From NCBI GenBank assembly GCA_053919585.1, contig CM132791.1: DNA of 64,000 nt. One strand, 5' to 3'. The notes beneath the pieces are model-generated. The model did not search any database. It had not been told where the DNA came from and was given only the letters and a program-made list of their open reading frames with translations. Source of the DNA: Euprymna scolopes (lineage: Eukaryota). Shown one piece after another: positions 1 to 13,301 of this stretch (positions within the stretch are counted from its first letter, which is position 1; every line of letters starts with the position of its first letter). Made by a program: the position numbers and the translations under genes.

Positions 1-649
1 TAAAGGTTTATTTCATATAATTTTTGATAGAAAGAAGAGGGTATGATCACTGAAATTTGGAAGGTTCTACTTATACACACTGACGAATCAAATGGTGCCA
101 CGTTCTGCTAGCAACCAACCAAAAGTGAGAATTTATATTGAATCTTTTAGCATTCCAGCACATATTTTTTCGTATCAACGATTAGGATTTTTGCTCTTCG
201 CCTTCAAAATTATGAAGTCCAGGACCTGTACACAATAGCTAGCCACTAAAATGTCTTCATGTCTTAGACTTGTACAGAATAGCTACTCATCGGAGACTTC
301 TTAAACTAAATTGCTTACAATTCAAGGTTTAATTTACTCTAAAAACTACACGAAGAGCAGTTAAATTTTAAAAAACACACCACACATTACGAAATCATAT
401 ATTTTTTTTTTACAAAAAAGGGCAAAAATATTTTCCTGCCATAATCGCAAGATATTTTAATAAATTCGAACGACTGTCTTGCTTCAAAATATAAAAGTAT
501 TTCTACGCCAGAAACGCACAACGTATTTTCAAACATTATACTTCTATGTTAATTCTTAGAATCAGTCATCTCGAAAAAGTCTAGAAATAAAAAGGAAACG
601 TTAAAGAATATAAATTTTCCTTTTTCGTTTACCTTTGCGATGTAATAGC

Positions 650-654
<5 letters not shown>

Positions 655-712
<58 letters not shown>
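655..712. repeat. (TA)n microsatellite
   Basis: Pure TA dinucleotide run visible in sequence. Confidence 0.95.
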
Positions 713-715
<3 letters not shown>

Positions 716-854
716 CATATCATATAATATATATAAATAGAGAGATATAACGTACATTATTATGATTTATAAATTTATAGAGATAATTTCAATGTACGTT
801 TTAGAATAAATGTAAATATAATCTGTAAGAATCTATCTAACATGTCAAGTGTTT

Positions 855-1072
855 AGACCCAAAATAGTCGGAGGAGTTTGGTAGAGTTCTTAAAGGTCAA
901 ATCCTTGAACTTTGACCCCTTAATCGCAACATTTCTGCCCGAAACCCGATCACATCGATTTTCCCAAATCTCAGTACCCTGTATATCAAATTTCGAGTCT
1001 GTAGACTAAAAATTGATAGAGTTATTGCGTAGGGAAATGTACATAGACACATTCACTTTTATAGATATATAG
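855..1072 (-). mobile_element. Partial non-autonomous Helitron-like element (5' end only)
   Basis: Ends in 'cattcacttttatagatatataga', whose reverse complement resembles the A|TCTATA...AAAAG 5' start of the Helitron at 13302-13827. It shares 'tttgacccct' with the copy at 26131. No CTAG 3' end found; left boundary approximate. Confidence 0.45.
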
Positions 1073-2539
1073 ATATATAAAGTACTCCATTCTTATAAGT
1101 GTGAATCGTATACTCGATTAGAATTTTATATTCCTTTTAATAAAAAATGTATACACCTCCAAATACTTTACCTAGTTTTACCGTAATGCAGTTTCGAAGA
1201 TATGTTCGTAAAAATATATCTACATCCTTCTAATTGTGATTTCGAATAAATTTATTATATAGATTTTTTAAATGTGGGAATACTGATTGTGCATAAATTT
1301 TAAATGTATTAGAGCGAAATATATTTACCGATTTGTCGAACATTTCTAATTCTGAATCTGTCTTCAATCCTTAATGTCACCATGATTTACTTATGTCGGT
1401 TTAATATATAAGAACGAAAATCAGGAAGCAGTAAATTCGGCATTCGAAAATATATTCTACTTCATAAAAAAAGAAAATCTACCTTTGAACAAAGACTTTG
1501 GAAAGAGATAAAGGTTTATCTGAAACCCCCAAAGCGTCAGAGCAAACAGATTGAAACTCAAATAAAAAAAAAACACAAAGCGATTTCTTTTATAACCAAC
1601 TTTTAGAAACTGTTTGATGTTTTGCTATAAAATCTCTTCAGATGATCGATATTCCATTTGGTTGCACGCGATGTAAAAAGACATACGAAAAAATGTATAG
1701 AAATACATTGAAAGTAGATATCACGTCGGGATAGACAAATACGAATATGTCCATAAAATACTGCTAGAATCGATATGTTAGATAGATGCGTCGTGGGAAT
1801 TTGGCAGCTGCTATGTATGTCAAAGCCTGGTCACCCTCCTTCAAAAAATGATAGGAAGTCAGGTCCAAACCGGAAGTATTGTCTTCTCTGTTTGATTGAT
1901 AATATATGTGATAGAAATGTTATCCAGGTGGCAGCATGAATGCTGTCAGTTATGGTGGAATAGAGACAGTAGAACTCAAAGATGTGCATGAGGCATATCA
2001 AATAGGTTAATACATCATAGACTGTTTTTAACAGAATTTGTAGTTTTTTAAATGAAATATTATGCGAAAAAAAAACAATTTTATTTTTATAGGATAAGTT
2101 GTTCATTAAATTGTATTCCTGTACTTTTAATATGCACACATTCGGCTCGATAGTAATTTCCGACATTTACTATAGATATTAAAAACCATATTTAATAAAT
2201 AATATTAATACGATAGAGCATTACTTGCAATTTAAAAATAATATAACTTTGTTTTAATCACTAATTTCTTGATATGCTGTCCCTCAAAGGCGACACAATC
2301 TTAACGTTTCGCATGAAAGCTCTTTTTTATTGAACATCAGATAACGAAAACATGTTTTATGCAATTTGATTGATTTGGGGCGATTGTCGCACTCATTACG
2401 CGAAGTGATTCAATAGTTAGGTATACGAGGGAGTACTTTGTTCATAAGTAACAGATAAAAGCATTAACATCTTGCAACTCATCTAAATGAATTCATCAGT
2501 GTGATTCAGAATCAAGCGTATATTACAATTAAACGTCAT

Positions 2540-2780
2540 CTCCACATAATCACGTTGACACATCGGTTCTCGTTAGATCACCGAATTCTAGGCGCTGTAC
2601 GTAGGAGGATGCGACACTTCTCTGCAAGAGTTGCAAAACCCTAACGTCGTCATCTCCTCTAACGGGAATATACATGCGACTGGGGACCGCTTGCGAGTTT
2701 TCATACTCCCATGAAACTTCCTCCTTTGGAGAAAGCCGATTAAACCTGCATATGGTTAGTGCCATTTCCAGTCCATTCCA
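2540..2780 (+). mobile_element. 5S rRNA-derived SINE (SINE3-like), copy 1
   Basis: 'atcacgttgacacatcggttctcgttagatcaccgaa' matches the 5' half of animal 5S rRNA. It is followed by a non-5S body 'gtaggaggatgcg...tgcaagagttgcaaaacc...ctctaacgggaatatacatgcgactgggg...tttggagaaag' that aligns by eye with the reverse complement of 32255-32435. Confidence 0.75.
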
Positions 2781-2989
2781 CTGACCGTTTGCATATGTAT
2801 AAAGTGTCTACCAGATAGATTACCAGGTTGCTAACACATTTCCAGAAGCGAGAACGCATCGAATGCTCGGGGATTTGTTTGGCGATATGCTTAGAAGTCA
2901 AGATTTTTCAAAAGATTGATTACACAGGATTTAACCTGGGTATATCACTATTACCGAGAGACCAGAACCACCACCTCGAAACGAGGACA

Positions 2990-3541
2990 GGGTGCAGCCC
3001 TCCGCTTGCATGGTCATGTTCATAGTCATCTTGGACCAGGATGGGGTAATGATGACAGATTTCCTGGCAAAAGAGTACTATAGTTACAAGAGTTTATTAT
3101 GCTTCACTTTTGAGAAAATTATTAAAATTATCAAACTGAAGAGGCAAAATCCACAAAATTATATTCTATCATGCAAGATAACTCTCCGGTCCACAATTGT
3201 CGATTTCGCCAGATCAGAAACATTGGCGCGTGGATATGAAATCCGCCTCCATCCCTAACCCCCACCCCCCTACTTTCCTTACTTTACACTCTATGACTTT
3301 CATTATTAACTAGCTATGAAGTTATTTCTCACAGGAATGCATTTCACAGATGATGCAGCTTAGATTTTAAAAGTTAAGTTGTAATGTAAAGACACTCTTG
3401 GTCTACAGTGCTGCATTAAACGACGAGCGAAATGCGCAATCTGGGTGGTTCTTACGTTGAAAAAGGCTAATGACTCTGCCAAATTTTTGTAACTCTAATA
3501 CTATTAGAAGTGGATCAGAATCATTATTGAACGTCTTTCGT
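2990..3541 (+). mobile_element. Degraded mariner (DD34D-type) transposase remnant, 3' part
   Basis: Broken-frame motifs DQDGV..DFLAK, QDNSPVH (HDNA-like), GYEIRLHP then a degraded YSPDLAPxDF region, HFTDDA, and a degraded KRWxKC..GGSYVEK C-terminus. Probable TIR-like end near 3540; the left end is unclear (possibly ~2400, interrupted by the SINE). Confidence 0.7.
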
Positions 3542-4596
3542 TGGTTATCTTGTTTTACTCAATTTTCAACCTCTGAATTTTTTAATTGTCTCTCTGTGAA
3601 GGTAAACTGCTTTATCATACTTTCATAATTTTCACAATTATGTGTGAATCTGGGTAAACCCTAGAGTGAATACCTATTTATTTAACAACCAGCATCGCTC
3701 GGATTAAGAAAGCACTAGTATAAGACAAATCCAAATTCGAAGCACTTCTCTTGTTGTTACCTTGTGATGAAAAGCAGACAGATAGATGAGTCCATCTTTA
3801 TTTTCGGGGTCGAGAGGCGCTGCGTTATTTCATGCAGCATGTGTTGAGCAAGGATAATCTGCCGGCGCTAATCTTTTTCCAGCACTAAGTATTACCAAAT
3901 TGTAACCCATTTTATTACTTACTAGACTCGACGTTGCTTAACTTCCGTCATCTAATGGGAGCTGGTGATTAATAAACTTGAACATATTGTATAATTGTTA
4001 TTATTGTTACAAACAAAAAGTCGCGCAAAGATAATTATCTAGTAGTTTTTCATATGTGCTTCTTCAACAATGATAAGTACAAACTTTCCAATAAGCGAGA
4101 TGAAAGAAAAATCTTGGAAGTTTCTACATTCATCTTGTTAACCAGATAAATTTGATACGAAAATGGAACCACCATTTGAAGTTGCACAGACTGAATGACC
4201 TATTAATTAACTATTAAATAATGCCATATGTCAAATATTTTCTCCATCAGATATCAAAGTATCCACAGTCAAACCATCAACGCAATATCCTATACCTGAT
4301 TAAATTTCCTGACAGAGCTTCCTCTAGTGGACGTTGTATATACAGTCGATAATGAATAGCTGATGGCTTGAATACATAGATAATGATATTTGAAGATTAT
4401 TAATTCATAATAATGTTAAATCTAGCACTCACAAATTTACACAGCATCCTTTAGCATGTTACAACTATTATTTAACTCAAAAAATATATCGTAATATTGT
4501 TACATAATAGTACGTCAGTAGCGATTGCGTACATGATAAACCAGACCAATAAAACAGAATCGTCTTCAGAAAAAAGGGGCGTAAAGTTGAGGGAAG

Positions 4597-4812
4597 GTGA
4601 CAGAAGTCAATACAGTACACAAACTAGACTTGTACAATGATGAATTACGTCACGTTTTTAGCCGAGAGAAAAATTGTTTTAATATCAGTTTTAAGATGCC
4701 AACCTGACACGGTGAAATCATGTAAAAAAAAATTATTATCACGGCGAATGTTTCCGATGTCTCTGTCCGTCTACGTCACTCATTTCTTTAGTCTATTAAG
4801 AAGTCAATAACT
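4597..4812 (+). repeat. Dispersed repeat of unknown class, copy A (homologous to 30352-30602)
   Basis: Shared collinear blocks 'ggtgaca', 'gtttt..gc.ag.agaaaa', 'cgaatgtt..ccgatgtct.tgtc.gtctacgt.act.attt' and 'ttaaga.gt.aataacta'. Confidence 0.6.
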
Positions 4813-5100
4813 ATAATATAACATTAGTGTCTCTCCTTATGTAAGTCCATTATCTCTAAATAAACTTCGAGAAGATAATAGAGACCATGTTTTATATGGC
4901 CACTTTAGCGAACGAAAAGATTAGATCAGAACTACTATTACCCACATATCTGCATATCATGGAAAATTGTGAAAAAGTCATGCCCGGATTTGCAGACAGT
5001 CTGTTTTACGCGATTTTTTAATGCGGTTCCCTTGTTTTTTTAGGGAATTAATATAAATCAACTAATTACCTCTAGAAAATAAGGGAAATACATAGAAGAC

Positions 5101-5133
5101 ACACAAACACACACACACACACACACACACACA
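5101..5133. repeat. (CA)n microsatellite
   Basis: Visible CA run. Confidence 0.9.
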
Positions 5134-5159
5134 AGGTAATAGGAGGAGTAATTTTACAG

Positions 5160-5930
5160 TCTTTAAACTGCCATTTCTGATTTTTGGAGGTGAGGAATGC
5201 GAGGCCAATTTTAAGTTCTCCAGGGACAATTCAACAAAACATTGAAGGAAATTTTCAATAGCTTTGCAGATATAGACTTGATCAAGCTAGTGTGTTCCCT
5301 GGAACCTTGCGAGAAATTGAGCTGCAAGTATAGGGCGGGAAACTATACATTTGAACTTGGAACCTTGGGAGAAATTGATCGATAGTTGCGAGAGAAGAAT
5401 CGATAGGCAACGGTTTACTAGCACGTGTGAGGGACTCTCGGTATTGGATATTGTGAGGCTAGAGGTTGCGAAAAATCGAGAAGATGTTAATAATATGATT
5501 GCCCAATTGCAAATCCTGCAAGAAGAGTTCGAACTTCTCCGGTAAGATAGTGACAGAAATATTCAGAATAGATGTATCTTTGTAGTGTTACAAATGTTGA
5601 GCCAATTAATCCCAACTGGGCAGTCCTGAAATGTGTGAACTGAATATATGAGGGTGTGGCTGGGCGGCCGTGGAGTCGTGTGTGAGCGGTAGTGGTACCA
5701 GCAAATGAGATGTTAATGAAATAAATGGATAATGTAAACCTGGTGGAATTGCGGACCAGGTTAGATCCGGATGTCAATAGAACAAAGTTCCTCTCTCATG
5801 GGGTGATGATGGCATAAAGTGTGATGACTATGATAGTGGTGCTGGTGTGGGTGGTGGCAATGTAGTATGTAAGAAACCGAGTGGATTAGCGTGACAGTAA
5901 GAAACGCCTCAAAGTTCCCCACGTCGTTGT
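5160..5930 (-). mobile_element. Possible highly degraded LINE AP-endonuclease region
   Basis: Minus strand has a GDF-like motif (VGNFEA) and a PTH.RG-like motif in plausible order, with higher GC than the flanks; motifs are weak. Confidence 0.3.
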
Positions 5931-6729
5931 CAGAAGTCGCCTTAAACCCAGATTACTCCAACCAAAGCAGATTCTGAATCTGAGACCCCTTTTTTGTCTT
6001 TTTCGGGAAAGATAATAATTAAATATTAACTGTAGAATGGTGAACCTTCATCCCAGAATAATACAATAGTCTAGCGAAGGATAATGTTAAGAAAAAAAAC
6101 TTTGTGATGAACTTTGATTGAAACTGACGTTTAACCCCAGACTAGATTAGACAATGGACCAAGGTATGATAATATGAGAAAAAAACCAAGTGAATGTGAG
6201 TAGACTACCTTTATTAGAATTGAACTTTTGCTTCATTAATAATGAACTGGACAATGACGTTTATAATCCTTTTTCTTGCATTATTTATGTACGCGCATGA
6301 ATTTTAATTCTTTTGTAAGTGAACAAGAAATACTCTGTACAAACATGTTGACGTTGTTAAGCGATAGCGTTGCGATGTACGGTGTATGTCAGTGACTAGG
6401 GAGAAGCAAGTGAGTGTGTGATGTGGAAGGTGTATTGATGAGTAAGACTCAACAATTTCCTTTAAAAGTTGACTGAGCTAAAGGGTGCGAATATTACCCA
6501 ACCACCTGTGATGATGAATTTTTACATAAATAACAGAGTTAATTTAGAACTTTTATTGTATGAACAATTCCGGGCAATAGTCGGTTGTCTCGTTGATACG
6601 GTTTATTTGGTCGATGATGCAGCCAGGCCGAGAAGGTATAGCTTCAGTTGGCGAATTTGGGATTGATAATAATATTTAATAATAATATTGTTTTGCGAAA
6701 GAACAATTGATATTTTTAGTATAGCTTCA

Positions 6730-7310
6730 CCCCAAGCAAGGCATATTTAGATCTAGAGGGCTACTATCTGGGACATAAGTTGCAGAAATACTTGAGTTGA
6801 GCAGAAAATGTATGTTTACACTTGAACTTGTGCATGTCAGTACAATTGGGGAAGCAGAAACCCTGAAGGGAATTCAAAAGTCTAGCAGTTTTGTTAACGT
6901 GTTAGAGGGGATGGGGGCGTGCTAGTTAGTTTCGCTTAGCGTTAAGATATCCAGGGAGTTTGCTAGGAGAAATGATTCTACATCATCTAAGCTAGTTCCA
7001 AGTCCATATTCAGGGATAACCGTTAAGATACCGAAAGTGTAATAGGCCTGCGCAAGTCATTACTGATTGTCGGAAAGAAAGAACTATGGTAGACTATCGG
7101 TAGTGTGATTAAGGATTTAAAGATGTCTTGGTGGAGCGAAAATTTTGCCGGTCAGTTCTTTTACTAGAGTTCTTGAATACTTGTACTACAAAGGCAATTT
7201 CCCAGTGAAACAAGATTCGCCAAGGTATTTATTGTAGAGTTTGGAGATGACTGAGGCGGATCAGCAGAGCAGTATTTGGTTGTGACTCTAGTTTAAATAA
7301 CATCAACCCC
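6730..7310 (-). mobile_element. CR1/L2-type LINE 3' fragment
   Basis: Minus strand reads TARLLNSL..FCFP. The segment 'gggctactatctgggacataag' is shared with the LINE fragment at 12600-12985 ('gggctactatcagggacataag'). Confidence 0.6.
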
Positions 7311-7346
7311 ACATGCTGTGAAAGTGTCAACGTATTTTATGATATA

Positions 7347-8165
7347 CTAGCGGGGTACCCGGCGTTGTCCGATTGTTTGAAGGTGTGTGTGTAAGTGTGG
7401 GAGTTAAGTAAAGAATGAACGGAGTAATAATCCTGGTTAAATATTTTTAAAAAACTTCTGTAAAAAATCGGCAAACCCAAATAAAAAAAAAAGCGAACAA
7501 ACGTAAAACTTCTTAAAAAAAGAAATCGGAAAAACAAAAAGGAAAAATCAGGAAAAAAATGAACGTGTTTTGAAAAACAAAAAAAAACAGCAAAAACGGA
7601 AAAAATGGCATAAAGAACCCTTCGATTCGCTTAAGTCCAATGGTGCGTTTCACCCAGTAGAAAATAAACGTTAAAATTCCATTCCAGTTTTTTTAATCAA
7701 CTACAAAACGAAAGAAAGCGAAAGAAAAAATGGCATAAATAACCCTTCGAATCGGCTAAGTCCATGGTGCGTTCCACCCAGTAGAAAGCATAGAACGAAG
7801 AAGGAACGTTAAAATTCCATTCCAGTTTTTTAAGCAACTAAGAAGTAAAGAAAACCCCAAACTGTTTTTCTTGGTACTTGGTACTTGGTCCCTTGTGAAC
7901 GATCCCGCAACGGTGTAAGTGGTGGAAGGGGAAGGAGGAATTTATTAGAGAAAAAGATTTTACAACTTCCATTGATTCTAACCGATTTTGGCAGTGAACT
8001 CTCAGCAGAAAAAATATAGGAATCTACGGTTATCGAGGAAGTGTAGAGGTAATAGGCCTATAACACACCTCAGATAATGTACTGCCGTTTGTGCATATTA
8101 CATTTGCATGAAATGTCTTGATTTTCAATCCTATTCAGGTCAAAACAGAGGGGAAAAATGAGTTC

Positions 8166-8170
<5 letters not shown>
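7347..8170 (-). mobile_element. Non-autonomous Helitron, copy 1
   Basis: Plus-strand 'a|ctagcggggtacccggcgttgtccg' is, on the minus strand, a GC-rich short hairpin then CTAG|T (Helitron 3' end). About 280 bp (7891-8170) is shared with copy 2; the 5' end runs into (TA)n. Confidence 0.75.
7600..7840. repeat. ~125-bp tandem duplication inside Helitron copy 1
   Basis: 'aaaatggcataaa.aacccttcga.tcg..taagtcca.tggtgcgtt.cacccagtagaaa...aacgttaaaattccattccagttttt' occurs at ~7602 and ~7727. Confidence 0.85.

Positions 8171-8230
<60 letters not shown>
8167..8230. repeat. (TA)n microsatellite
   Basis: Visible TA run. Confidence 0.95.
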
Positions 8231-8232
<2 letters not shown>

Positions 8233-8520
8233 TGATAATTCTTGTGAAGTTTTGATGATCAAATTATCGAGTGGCGTTTCAGTCCAAATTGGGAAGTTTG
8301 TGAAGTTGTGAATTAGGCAAGCACTTCAGTTTTGTCAGGTGACATTATGGCGGCTGGATAGCAGTATAATTGTTGATTGCTTATTATTCCCCACACTATT
8401 ATGGATTTTCCCAGATTTTTGCGAGTTCCTAATTTCTGAAACTCATTACGTTTTTTGAGTTTTTTGGGGGGGGTCATCACGTAATTCATATTCTTAGCTA
8501 CGCCTACTATACTTTTACAA

Positions 8521-9191
8521 CTAGCGGGGGTACCCGGCTTTGTCCGAGTGTTTGTTTCCGGGACGGGGGGGGGGGAGTTTTAAAAAATGTTATGGTAGGT
8601 AAGTAGGAAGAATCAAACCCGGAGTCATGAGTAAAAGTAGGAAAATAAAGTGTGAAAAAAAAACAAAAAAAAAAAACATCTGCAACGTTAACAGTTCGGC
8701 CACCAAGAAAAGTCCATCCCAGTTGTTTAAGAAAAAAAAACGACTACGGTAGGTCGGCGCGAACGTGAAAATATAATGTGAATTGTCCAGCACGCTAACC
8801 ACTACGCCACAGAGCACTGCAGCTTAGTTTAGTGATTTTAAATAACTTCACATGAAAGAACTACGAAGCCAAACCGGTGTTCTCTTCTCAACTGTTCCTT
8901 GTGAACGATCCCCAAACCGTGTTAAGTGGTGGCAGGGGGAGGAGGAATTTATTAGAGAGAAAATATTTTACCACTTCCATTGATCTTAACCGATTTTGGC
9001 CGTGACTTCTCAGCAGAAAAAGTATAGAAATCTAAGATTATCGAGGAATTTGAGAAATAATAAGCCTATAACACACCTCAGATATTGTTCTGCCGTTTGT
9101 GCATATTATATTTGCATGAAATATCTTGATTTTTAATCCTATTAATGTCCAAATCAGACGGGAAAAAATGAGTTCATTTTATTTATATAGA
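8521..9191 (-). mobile_element. Non-autonomous Helitron, copy 2
   Basis: Starts 'a|ctagcgggggtacccggctttgtccg' and ends 'gagttcattttatttatataga' (minus-strand TCTATA start). 8897-9180 is homologous to 7891-8170. Confidence 0.75.
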
Positions 9192-10199
9192 GAGAGAAGA
9201 GAAGAAGAGATGACTTTTTGATAATATATATTTTGGTTGATTTCTATGTGACTTATGACGATTGAATATTTGCTGTCTATGCAATATAGCAGTTGCAAAG
9301 GATGAATTAAACCATTGTGTAGTAAAGAACATGTTTTCTTTCACTTTGATCGTCTCTGATTTGATCTTCGATGAATTCACAATCAGCTTCTTCAGTTTGA
9401 GCAATGGCTTTTCAATTTAGGGTCGAATGTTGACATTAATATTAATCATTATCACAAGGTGGTGAAAGTTCTCAAGTGACCTGTTGGTATCCATCACACA
9501 AGTCTCGGAGAGTGTAATCGAGAATAGATCGATAAGTTAATAGTCACGATCGGGGGGATAGGGAAAGTGAGAGTCTGTGAAAAAGGAATGTGTATAAATA
9601 AGTGAAGAACTTTTGACCAAGCGACCAAGGCTAAATTTGATTTTGTTCTCAAGAAATTTAGTACTAATTTGTTTTTCGCTGCTTTGAAACCACTGACATG
9701 GCATATTGTAGCAGGGTTACTAGTTCTCGTTTATAGAGCCAGTAGCTAACAAGTGCGCGACTACCAGAACAAAACTAATCGCAATTGATTATTTTGTAAA
9801 AAAAAATTAACCAATAATAATGTATTAGTTATGGAAATTAAATTTTAAGCTGCTGGTGTTACTGCTTCTACTGCTGCTGCTAAAATAGGATTCCACAGGT
9901 TGTTCTAAAGGTTTTCCAAGACAAAAGAAATCACGGAACCATTGTGTAACAAAATATTGGAGTTGGAATCTTGGAACAAATCTAAAACAAAGTAAAATTG
10001 GGGAACGAGATTAATTCATTCCATACATTGAAGTCATTTTTAGCTTAACAAAGTTCCAGCAGCAAAAAAAGTATTGTCAAAAGAGAAATGTGCTTGAAAA
10101 TTGATGATGTCAAAGAATGGGAGGGTATCATTTCATAAACTGTCCAACGCTATTATTCATTTTTATGACCGTGTACACATTCAATTAAATACGTGCAAA

Positions 10200-10365
10200 A
10201 ATATGATTATAAACCAATTGAAATTTAAAAAAAATAAAATTTCAGAATTTTTTAGGTAAAGATTCATGGTTTCTACTATTTGAATGTTTAGGACTATTGT
10301 TCGCATCTTCAGTGTTATTTTTACAACGTTTCGACTAATATAACCTAAGACCTTCTTAGAGTTCA
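10200..10365 (-). mobile_element. Penelope-like terminal fragment (family with 19205-19350 and 33690-33850)
   Basis: Minus strand 'ctaagaaggtcttaggttatattagtcgaaacgttgtaaaaataacactgaagatgcgaacaatagtcc' aligns with the two other copies. The Penelope assignment is inferred from the CTGANGA...GAAAC-like core. Confidence 0.45.
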
Positions 10366-10669
10366 CCTTGTCAATTTTGTACATAATTATGAACATAACT
10401 ATGCATTTAATCCACGAGGTAGTTACCTTTCCTTCCTTCAGTCATGGCCAACTAGATGTCTTAATTATTTTTTAATTGCATTCTGCTTATCGACCGTACT
10501 GAGGATTGAACCTTCACTTTCCTCCCTGTAAAACTCTGGAATCGTTATGCAAGAGCACGTGGCGCAACGGATAAAAATGCTGAATGCTAATCATTTCTAA
10601 CTGAAAGTTTTCACTTTCGGAGGCGACATCGACCGTAACATTATGAACATCAATCGTGATGAGAAAGAA

Positions 10670-10975
10670 AAAAAAAGAGACGTTGCGAGCCTGTCTCTGC
10701 TCTATCGTTATTTTCATAGTAAGTATCCGTATGAACTTCAATCTATTAGTTCCTCCTTGCCAAACGTCTACAAAACACTCGTCAAGATATAACCACTATC
10801 AGCAATTTCCCCTACTCTCGATCTGTGCAGAAATCTAAAGGTAAATTTCATGAATAAATCTTCATTTCTAGAACTCGCCGCCTATAAAATTCTGTTCCGC
10901 TTGTCTGCTTCCAGTTGACTACAACATGGTTTTCTAATGTAAAAAAGTCCTTTATGAGCCGCTTTCTTAAATAAT
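10670..10975 (+). mobile_element. CR1/L2-type LINE 3' fragment
   Basis: 'gagacgttgcgagcctgtctctgctctatcgttattttcat' closely matches 24776-24816 of the main LINE; similarity continues to 'gactacaac'. Confidence 0.8.
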
Positions 10976-11869
10976 CAAATGATACTTAATTTCCACTGTT
11001 AACAATTACTACACTGCTATCCAAAATACCACTGTACACTCATTAACCCTTTTTTCTAGAGTTGATAAATGTTAACCCTCTTGTAAAAATAATAATAAAA
11101 AACGTATTGTCACTCTACAACTACCTGTTTAGTTTTATACACCAATTCATACTTCAATTACGCATTATATCGTAACGTTATGACGTTTCACGGATGCAGC
11201 TAGTTATAATAATGAGCTAATAAAATCAGATAATCTATGCGGATGAAGAGGATGTCTATAAATAGAAATATTCTTAATTAGTAAACATGTTAAATCGATA
11301 CTAAACAAAGAAATAGTTTATCAATAGATTTTGCCACCTCCGCAAAAATAAATCGATAGCATATTTGAACACTAAAATCTGCGTACAGTCGAACGGAAAG
11401 ATGAGAACATCATCAATTACTTGAAAAGCCTTAACATTGATTTCTTATTTGTTCCTTTCAATGCGCACATTCTGTTTACTCTGAAGAATTTACTGTGAAA
11501 ACAATACATTAGCAATTATCAGTGAATAAAAAAGAAACACATAAAAGTTATACCCCCCCATATGTACACTAAATTCACCAAGTTCTTATTTTGTTTTGTT
11601 GCATTATTATTGAAAATACAGAGAAGAATTAGATACGGACCAATTACATTGTCGAATGGGGTGATGTTGGTCTTTCTGATAAATTTTGTATCAGACAACT
11701 TACCTACTCTCACTATTCAAAGAAATCATGTTTTGGGGGTGAGGGGGTGTCCTCCTAGTATTAGCATTAATATTCTCGCGATAAACGCCGTATCTAAGGA
11801 AGTTGTTTGATGGAATAGATTGCACTGAATGAGTGCGAAGAGTACTGGGATCAATGGTCATTACAAACG

Positions 11870-12360
11870 AGAAACCAATGGCAGGCGACCTGGTCCACTA
11901 TCGGATGTTATCCTACCATCTTTTTTTTTTTTGTCACTCCTCCTCCTTTCCTGTATAGTTCATTCCCGGATTGTCTTTGCGAGACCTGATGATCGTATGA
12001 CATCGGCATGCCACTCATTTTTTTTCACGCAGGTCAGTAGATCTTCATATGGCTAGACTATTTGTAGGAGCATGTTCTCCACTTCCTTATTTGTAATGCT
12101 ATCTTTGTATGAGATGTTAAAAATTCTCTACATCCGCAGTTATACTCCATGACTCTCACGCGTACAGAAATACGAAGATCGCCGAGGAGGGCTTCAATCT
12201 GTTTTTAGCTGAACGTTACCTTTCGAATATTCCATACAAGCTGTACTCTGGACATTGCTAAATTTTCTATGCAATTCTTGTAAATACTACAGGCTTACGT
12301 TATCTATCAGAACGGCCTAAACGTACGTTGATGTCATTTCTAATGCCAGCGGCAGTGTTA
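11870..12360 (-). mobile_element. RTE-clade LINE 3' fragment
   Basis: Minus strand broken frames give VFLYACES, ISYKDSITNKEV, PYEDLL, WHADVIRSSGLAKTI and KKRW.DNIR.WT, the typical RTE/BovB ORF C-terminus. Confidence 0.75.
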
Positions 12361-12457
12361 GTCATTGAGATGAGCAATTTTCACAATATTGAGTAATAAT
12401 TATGAATATTAGATTATAAAAAAGTAAGAAAATTGTAATATTTGTAACGATACAAAT

Positions 12458-12592
12458 NNNNNNNNNNNNNNNNNNNNNNNNNNNNNNNNNNNNNNNNNNN
12501 NNNNNNNNNNNNNNNNNNNNNNNNNNNNNNNNNNNNNNNNNNNNNNNNNNNNNNNNNNNNNNNNNNNNNNNNNNNNNNNNNNNNNNNNNNNN
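12458..12592. other. Assembly gap (135 N)
   Basis: Run of N. Confidence 0.99.
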
Positions 12593-12599
12593 GCACATT

Positions 12600-12985
12600 A
12601 CCACTTTGATGTAGGGGGCTACTATCAGGGACATAAGCTACAATTGTACTATGTGGGGAGTTGGGCAGCAAGATGTCGGTTCACGTTGAACCCGGATGGG
12701 AATTCCAAAGTCTAACGATTCTGATGAAGATACTACTGGAGTAGAAGGCTCTCTTACATCTAGGGATTTCTACTGTGAAGGGGTGGGATTTTGCTGCTTG
12801 TCGGGTTTGTCTGGGGTATTTACGTCGAGGGGGTACAAGTGCTTGCAGTTCGTTGGAGCATTCACCGTTAAAGTACTTGTAGAACAAGCAGAGAGATGCT
12901 GCATTTCGTCGATGGGGCAGAGGCTGATGCTTAGATGACACTCCAGGACCTATCAGATTGGCGACTCTCTTTTGAACCTTGAATT
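12600..12985 (-). mobile_element. CR1/L2-type LINE 3' fragment
   Basis: ORF 12681-13106(-) contains KVQKRVANLIG, HRRNAASLCLFYKYFNGECSNEL and RLWNS, homologous to the C-terminus of the main LINE ORF. Confidence 0.85.
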
Positions 12986-13301
12986 GAACAGCTGCATTGC
13001 TGTTGAAAATAGAAATATTTTGCAAAAATATAATGAGATTCGTGACTGACAGTAGACTTATAGATAACATTCCAATCAAGTACTTCATTAGATTACGAAT
13101 TAACATTTACTTCAATAATCAAGAACAAGGTACAAATATTATTTGGGCTATCTAAAGGTTTGGGAGAGAATAATCTATGATATGGATAAAAGAACAGCGA
13201 CAAAATGACGACTAAATAATTTGACGTTTATAAAATTTATTTTTATGTTATTTTTACGCATTGCGGCCATCTTATTTTAAATAATTTACTTTTATTAAAG
13301 A

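Noticed and set aside
1831-2166. 111-aa minus-strand ORF
   Set aside because: No recognisable motif; composition is typical of a chance AT-rich ORF.
12362-12671. ORFs spanning X runs
   Set aside because: They are open only because of the N gap.
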